Shown: piece after piece, positions 59,232 to 64,000 of the stretch | How positions within the stretch are numbered: position 1 is the first letter of the stretch | Layout: every line of letters starts with the position of its first letter | Source of the DNA: an uncultured virus (IMG/VR IMGVR_UViG_3300042317_001647) | Lineage: Duplodnaviria; Heunggongvirae; Uroviricota; Caudoviricetes | Virus record (IMG/VR): IMGVR_UViG_3300042317_001647 | Coordinates: 1-64,000 of that record | Strand: one strand, 5' to 3' | Length of the DNA stretch: 64,000 nt | Notes under the pieces: model-generated | What the model saw: only the letters and a program-made list of their open reading frames with translations | Told to the model about the DNA's origin: nothing | Databases searched by the model: none | Translations under genes and position numbers: made by a program

Positions 59232-60371
59232 ATGAAGTCTTTTAAACCTGTTCAAGTGTCATCATCTGGTACTGAAGTTTCAGTTAAACAGTCATTTACA
59301 CCAGTTTCACCTAAACAATTGTCAGATTTAGGCGCATCCAATCCTCGTGTACTCCAATTACTTTCAACATTTGATTCACCAACCGGGATTATCGATTACG
59401 GGGCGGATGTTATGTCAGATATTGCCAAAAAATCAGAAGCTTTATTAAATGAAGTCAAAGATGCTGACGTTGACTTCGTTGAACAACAGTTAACTAGTAT
59501 TCTAACAATGGCGAAGACATTTCACCTGAATACGAACAATAATTCAGATTCAAATATCTCAAAACTCTTTGGAAAGATCAAAGAAAAGTTTATTAATGTC
59601 CGTGAACAACTTTCAGCAGAATTCACTGATGTGTCCACACAAATGGACAAAATTATTGACGAAATTGATCAAGCCAATCACAGAATTATTGCCAAATTAA
59701 ACGGTCTGCAAGTGCAATACCGTGAAAATTTGAATGAATATCACAGATTAGAAAATTTGATCAAAGATGCAGAAGAAGCATACCAAATAATGGCAAAAGA
59801 AATTGAAAAAATGCGGGTTAACGCATCAGATCTCCTTGCCGCCGAAGAAGTTAATAGAAGTACAAAAAATTTAGATCGATTGGAGAAGAAAATCGATTAT
59901 TTGAAGAAATTTCAAATGATGGCTATTCAAAATGCACCTTCAATTAGTCAAATGGAAGATAGTGCTGCAACATTACTCCAAAAATTCCATGATATCAAAA
60001 CTATGACTATTCCATTATGGAAAAGACAAATCAGAATGTATATAGATGGTCAAGAATTAAGAAAAAGTGCAGCATTAGCAGCAGCAGTAGATGATGCAAA
60101 CAATACTCTAATTAAAACCAATTCAAACATCATTAGTGCTAATTCAATTGAATCAGCAAAATTAAACCAACGTTCATTGATAGATGATGCTACAATAGAA
60201 CATGTACATCAAAACCTAATCAGTACATTAGGAGAAATTGTGCAAATAAACAATACTGGTAAAGAAACTAGAATTAAAAGTGCATCGAGAATGGATGAAA
60301 TGAAGCGCATGTATGCTTCCATTTCATCTAATGCTGGACGGACCACTATTGCAGGACCAAAAACCCATTAA
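59232..60371 (+). CDS. Toxic anion resistance protein TelA/KlaB-like
   Basis: IIDYG...; long helical protein; TIPLWKRQ; adjacent to ter genes. Confidence 0.75.
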   Translation: MKSFKPVQVSSSGTEVSVKQSFTPVSPKQLSDLGASNPRVLQLLSTFDSPTGIIDYGADVMSDIAKKSEALLNEVKDADVDFVEQQLTSILTMAKTFHLNTNNNSDSNISKLFGKIKEKFINVREQLSAEFTDVSTQMDKIIDEIDQANHRIIAKLNGLQVQYRENLNEYHRLENLIKDAEEAYQIMAKEIEKMRVNASDLLAAEEVNRSTKNLDRLEKKIDYLKKFQMMAIQNAPSISQMEDSAATLLQKFHDIKTMTIPLWKRQIRMYIDGQELRKSAALAAAVDDANNTLIKTNSNIISANSIESAKLNQRSLIDDATIEHVHQNLISTLGEIVQINNTGKETRIKSASRMDEMKRMYASISSNAGRTTIAGPKTH

Positions 60372-60401
60372 TTTTTTAACAATCAACCGAGATAAGTAAA
60401 A

Positions 60402-61082
60402 ATGGCTATTGATTTAACTAAAAGAGCAGAAAAAGTAGGTATCATCCTAACTAAAAAACAAATCCGTGACATTCCATGCCAAGTAAAACTGGCAATTGAT
60501 CGCAGTGGGTCCATGAATACCCTATATCGCAACAAAGTCGTTCAAGATGTGGTAGAACGAGTGCTAGCAATTGGTATGAACATCGATAAAGATAAAATTA
60601 TTGACATTTGGGCATTTCATAATGATTCATTTGAGCTGCCATCAGTCAATATTAGCAACATCGAAGACTTTGTTGACCGTGAAATCGTCAAAAAAATTAG
60701 TGAAGGTGGTACAGAGTATGCACCAGTCATGAAAGACATCGTTAATAGTGCCGCACCAGTACAAACTGGCCTATTTGGGAAGTTGTTTGGGAAGAAATCT
60801 AATTCAACTGACCCATCATTAGCTATTTTCATCACCGATGGCGAGAATTTCGATCAACAAGCAACTGAAAAGGTTATCATAGAATCACAATCTAAAGATT
60901 TATATTGGGTTTTGATCGGTATTGGTGGTGGGAACTTCTCATTTATCGAATATTTGGGCGAAAAATACCCAAATGCCGGTTATTTGAAGATAGATGATAT
61001 CGAAAGTATCAGTGATGAAGACTTATATGAAGACATTATCAGCCAAGAATTTGCTGATTGGGTCGGAAAGTTTAAAAAATAA
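60402..61082 (+). CDS. vWA-domain protein (Ter-associated)
   Basis: MIDAS DRSGS, GGTEYAP, FITDGE, IGIG. Confidence 0.85.
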   Translation: MAIDLTKRAEKVGIILTKKQIRDIPCQVKLAIDRSGSMNTLYRNKVVQDVVERVLAIGMNIDKDKIIDIWAFHNDSFELPSVNISNIEDFVDREIVKKISEGGTEYAPVMKDIVNSAAPVQTGLFGKLFGKKSNSTDPSLAIFITDGENFDQQATEKVIIESQSKDLYWVLIGIGGGNFSFIEYLGEKYPNAGYLKIDDIESISDEDLYEDIISQEFADWVGKFKK

Positions 61083-61110
61083 TTGACATACCTGAATTTA
61101 CAGGTAGAAT
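61083..61110 (+). promoter_or_regulatory. sigma70-type promoter
   Basis: TTGACA-16-TAGAAT. Confidence 0.7.
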
Positions 61111-61145
61111 GAAGATTCTTTCAACAAACACACAGGTAATAATCA

Positions 61146-62153
61146 ATGTTACAATATTTTAAAGGTTCTTTTTTGATTGCTGGTATCGGTATCGTACTAG
61201 CATATTTGATCGGTGGGCTCGAAGCAGCCTGGATCACGTTAGTTTTATCAATTCTTGAAGTTAGTTTGAGTTTTGATAATGCCGTCGTGAATGCACAAGT
61301 TCTAAAAGGAATGGATGATATATGGCGTCATCGTTTCATTACCTGGGGTATGGCTATTGCTGTATTTGGTATGAGAATGGTGTTTCCATTAGCAATTGTG
61401 TCAGTTGCATTGGGAATTAACCCATATTCATCATTCATGTTAGCAGTTAATGACCCAGAACAGTATTCTCATGCGCTAGAATCAGTCCATACCTCAGTCA
61501 TGGGTTTCGGTGGCACATTCCTAATGATGGTTGCATTAAAGTTTTTCATCGATCATGACAAAGATACGCATTGGCTTAAACCAATTGAAGAAAGATTCAC
61601 TAAATTAGGCAAAATTGAAGCAATACAATCTGCAATTACATTAGTATTGGTATATATTGTTTACAAAATCATCGGATCCACACATAATGAAACAGAAGCA
61701 TCAGCATTCTTGGTCGCAAGTGTATTCGGATTAGTAACGTACATTCTTGTCGATGGTTTAGAAGCAGTAATCGGGACTGATGATGGCACGGTTACAGGTG
61801 CAGTAGCCAAATCCGGGTTAGCATCGTTTCTTTACTTGGAAGTATTAGATGCAAGCTTCAGTTTCGACGGAGTATTAGGTGCATTAGCATTGACAAACAA
61901 TATTTTCATCATCATGATTGGCCTTGGTATCGGTGCGTTATTCGTAAGAAGCTTAACATTACTAATGGTAGATAAGGGCACTGTTGATGAATTCATTTAC
62001 CTAGAGCATGGTGCATTCTATGCAATATTTGGATTGGCTATCATCATGTTCGTAAATACTGTATACGAAATTCCAGAAAGCATTACAGGGTTGATTGGTG
62101 CTGCATTCATTGGTGCATCATTGATCTCTTCAATCAAACACAAATCAATTTAA
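61146..62153 (+). CDS. TerC-like membrane protein (DUF475)
   Basis: LEVSLSFDNAVVNA; YLEVLDASFSFDGV; YLEHGA. Confidence 0.88.
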   Translation: MLQYFKGSFLIAGIGIVLAYLIGGLEAAWITLVLSILEVSLSFDNAVVNAQVLKGMDDIWRHRFITWGMAIAVFGMRMVFPLAIVSVALGINPYSSFMLAVNDPEQYSHALESVHTSVMGFGGTFLMMVALKFFIDHDKDTHWLKPIEERFTKLGKIEAIQSAITLVLVYIVYKIIGSTHNETEASAFLVASVFGLVTYILVDGLEAVIGTDDGTVTGAVAKSGLASFLYLEVLDASFSFDGVLGALALTNNIFIIMIGLGIGALFVRSLTLLMVDKGTVDEFIYLEHGAFYAIFGLAIIMFVNTVYEIPESITGLIGAAFIGASLISSIKHKSI

Positions 62154-62176
62154 TTAAACTACCAAGAGGTAATAAC

Positions 62177-62746
62177 ATGGCAATTAATCTTGCAAAATCT
62201 GAAAATAAAGGTATCAACCTAACCAAATCACAACCTGCCATGGGAAAGGTAAAGGCAGTATTATGGTGGAATGTTCCAGATAACAATCCAAAATATGATT
62301 TAGATGTATCAGCGTTTGTTTTGAAAACAACCGATAATGGTCCGAAGTTGTTAGGTGATGACTATTTGGTGTTCTATAACAATGAAGCGACACCTGAAAA
62401 AAGTGTTTCAAAAACACCAGATATGCGTCAAGGTGGTACCGAAGAGGTTTTCATCGATATCAATACGTTACCAGCAACAGTTGATGAAATTTCAATTGTT
62501 GTAACCATCCATGAAGCTGTATCTCGTGGTCAGTCTTTTGGTCAGGTACCTGAAGCAGGTATCAAAATCTTAAATGCTGATACCAATGAGGAAATTGCAT
62601 TCTATGATCTAGATGCTGACTACAAAAATGAAACAGCCGTTCAAGTTGGATCATTCTTCAAACGTGATGGACAATTCTCATTCCAGGCAATTGGAGCCGG
62701 GTTCGATGGTCTTGAGTTAGGCGATATCGTCAGCGGTTATCAATAA
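62177..62746 (+). CDS. terD: TerD-family protein
   Basis: YDLDVSAF, VFYNN, VTIHEA..RGQSFGQV, FQAIGAG. Confidence 0.88.
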   Translation: MAINLAKSENKGINLTKSQPAMGKVKAVLWWNVPDNNPKYDLDVSAFVLKTTDNGPKLLGDDYLVFYNNEATPEKSVSKTPDMRQGGTEEVFIDINTLPATVDEISIVVTIHEAVSRGQSFGQVPEAGIKILNADTNEEIAFYDLDADYKNETAVQVGSFFKRDGQFSFQAIGAGFDGLELGDIVSGYQ

Positions 62747-62793
62747 TCCATTTTTGTGGGGGTAATTCCCCCACATTTTTCATAAGGAAAATT

Positions 62794-63162
62794 ATGTTAG
62801 AAAAAATCAAAAGTTTTTTTACTAAAAAACAACCAATTCAGAAAGTAGATACTAAATCTAATGTGTCTTCGAAGTATGTTTCAAATAGTGATAAACGAAA
62901 TAAATCACAAAAGCATGATCTTGATATAGATTCAGAAACAGTGGATAACGTAATCAAAGCATCAGTTGACGTGTGGGATTCATATGCTGCGGCAAAGAGT
63001 GTAGACTCAAGTTCACACAATGCTAACCACTCACATAGTTCATATAGTTCATATAGTTCGCATGATTATGGATCATCACATAGTAGTTCCTCTAGTCATT
63101 CTCATAGTTCGCATGACTACAGTTCTTCAAGTGATTCAGGCTCATCCAGTTCGTATGATTAA
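62794..63162 (+). CDS. Hypothetical protein with Ser/His-rich low-complexity tail
   Basis: AAGGA SD; SHSSYSSYSSHDYGSSHSSSSSHS. Confidence 0.7.
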   Translation: MLEKIKSFFTKKQPIQKVDTKSNVSSKYVSNSDKRNKSQKHDLDIDSETVDNVIKASVDVWDSYAAAKSVDSSSHNANHSHSSYSSYSSHDYGSSHSSSSSHSHSSHDYSSSSDSGSSSSYD

Positions 63163-63169
63163 CTTTTTT

Positions 63170-63244
63170 GCACCCGAAGCTACTAGGTATAGCACAAGCC
63201 TCTAAAACTTGCGACAATGGGTTCGAATCCCATCGGGTGCACCA
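63170..63244 (+). tRNA. tRNA with CUA anticodon (amber suppressor-type)
   Basis: GCACCCG/CGGGTGC-A-CCA; D arm GCTA/TAGC; anticodon loop CT-CTA-AA; T arm ATGGG-TTCGAAT-CCCAT. Confidence 0.85.
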
Positions 63245-63259
63245 ACCAATACATTTTAT

Positions 63260-63646
63260 ATGAGAAACATTGAAAATAACGTTATGAAAACAGTAAAAAT
63301 TAAAAGAGAAGAATTACTCGCAGTAGTTCGTGAAAACAAAGAAAAACATATTGTTGAATTCAACGAATCAGTTGAAGATTTCAAAAAAGCAGCGGTAGTC
63401 ATTACTAAAAATAACTTAAAACTTGTCAATACAGGCGATTTGAACAATATTGCAAAAGTTAAAAACTTACCATCTGTTCCTAGTTCATATGAACAAAGCT
63501 ACACTCGTGCAATCAGAATGCTCGAATTAAGTATCGACGATGTCATTGAGTTAGATGACACCACGTTTAATCAATTAGTGTTAGATGAATGGAATTGGAA
63601 GTCAAACTTTCAACTGTCTGGTTCATTATATAAATCATTGATGTAA
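63260..63646 (+). CDS. Hypothetical phage protein (start 63260 or 63284)
   Basis: ORF downstream of the tRNA; YTRAIRMLELS...LVLDEWNW. Confidence 0.65.
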   Translation: MRNIENNVMKTVKIKREELLAVVRENKEKHIVEFNESVEDFKKAAVVITKNNLKLVNTGDLNNIAKVKNLPSVPSSYEQSYTRAIRMLELSIDDVIELDDTTFNQLVLDEWNWKSNFQLSGSLYKSLM

Positions 63647-63654
63647 ATTTTATT

Positions 63655-63867
63655 TTTATAGTATAGACCAGCACGGTAAGGAACACGCCCGTAGCAAAGG
63701 GTAAACAGAGAGTTTTCATAGAGAACAGTTAGACTGTGTATAGTATGCTTAAGTTACTGTGTTCCCTGTCACAGTCAGGAAAAAGTGCATAATATAGGTA
63801 GAGCTATGGCAAAGCTGTGAAACCTATTGAGAGGAAATATCTAGAACCCCAAGACTGTTACTATAAA
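63655..63867 (+). ncRNA. Candidate ~213-nt structured RNA with possible pseudoknot
   Basis: Closing stem TTTATAGTA/TACTATAAA and several internal helices; strand assumed from context. Confidence 0.5.
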
Positions 63868-63873
63868 TAGTAA

Positions 63874-63902
63874 TTGACATACAATATAAAATTTGATATA
63901 AT
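63874..63902 (+). promoter_or_regulatory. sigma70-type promoter
   Basis: TTGACA-17-TATAAT. Confidence 0.8.
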
Positions 63903-64000
63903 AAGAATTATGAAACAGTTATAGATTACAAGACTTTTTAACAATTTAAAAAACTCCTTTTTTTACCCAAGTATCGGCTTGATCCATCAAGTTGGCTTGG

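Noticed and set aside
63170..63244. Pyrrolysine tRNA or tRNA-Arg(TCT)
   Set aside because: It has D-loop GG, TTC and a 5-nt variable loop, unlike tRNA-Pyl; stem pairing centres the loop on CTA, not TCT
63655..63867. RNase P RNA
   Set aside because: GAGGAAA and AGAACCC-like words are present, but their order and the P4 pairing do not fit the consensus
1..64000. Genome-wide TAG recoding (code 15)
   Set aside because: Conserved genes are full length under code 11, and TAG ends genes at natural C-termini (e.g. rlpA)
63910..64000. ATG AAA CAG TTA TAG... as an amber-interrupted gene
   Set aside because: No SD; the region looks like a non-coding leader (boxA-like CTTTTTAACAA and a hairpin) cut by the window end

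Overview
AT-rich, gene-dense segment of a large tailed-phage (jumbo/T4-like myovirus) genome, probably infecting a Proteobacterium. The assignment is inferred from gene content, near-consensus sigma70 early promoters and a recurrent TAAATA late-promoter-like motif. 1-13.7 kb: collagen-like and LamG tail/fibre genes. 13.7-22.5 kb: mostly late hypothetical/head genes, including a probable -1 programmed frameshift, an exonuclease and a large virion protein. 22.6-29 kb: class Ia ribonucleotide reductase whose nrdA is split in two by a GIY-YIG endonuclease and carries intein-like tails, plus nrdB and glutaredoxin. 29-38 kb: tail-tip/fibre module and PAAR. 38-48 kb: RlpA with a long structured leader, ribosomal protein bS21, a helicase-methyltransferase fusion, DnaK and Hsp20 (both with ROSE-like thermometer hairpins), ClpS, heme oxygenase and a PcyX-like bilin reductase. 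48-55.5 kb: curli-like secretion module (CsgF, CsgG, curlin, FecR, PA14-curlin) with RimK and a CHASE2 adenylate/guanylate cyclase. 55.5-64 kb: membrane proteins, HNH endonuclease, a circularly permuted two-piece tmRNA, a Ter stress cluster, an amber-suppressor (CUA) tRNA and several unassigned structured RNAs. All calls come from reading motifs by eye; no searches were run.
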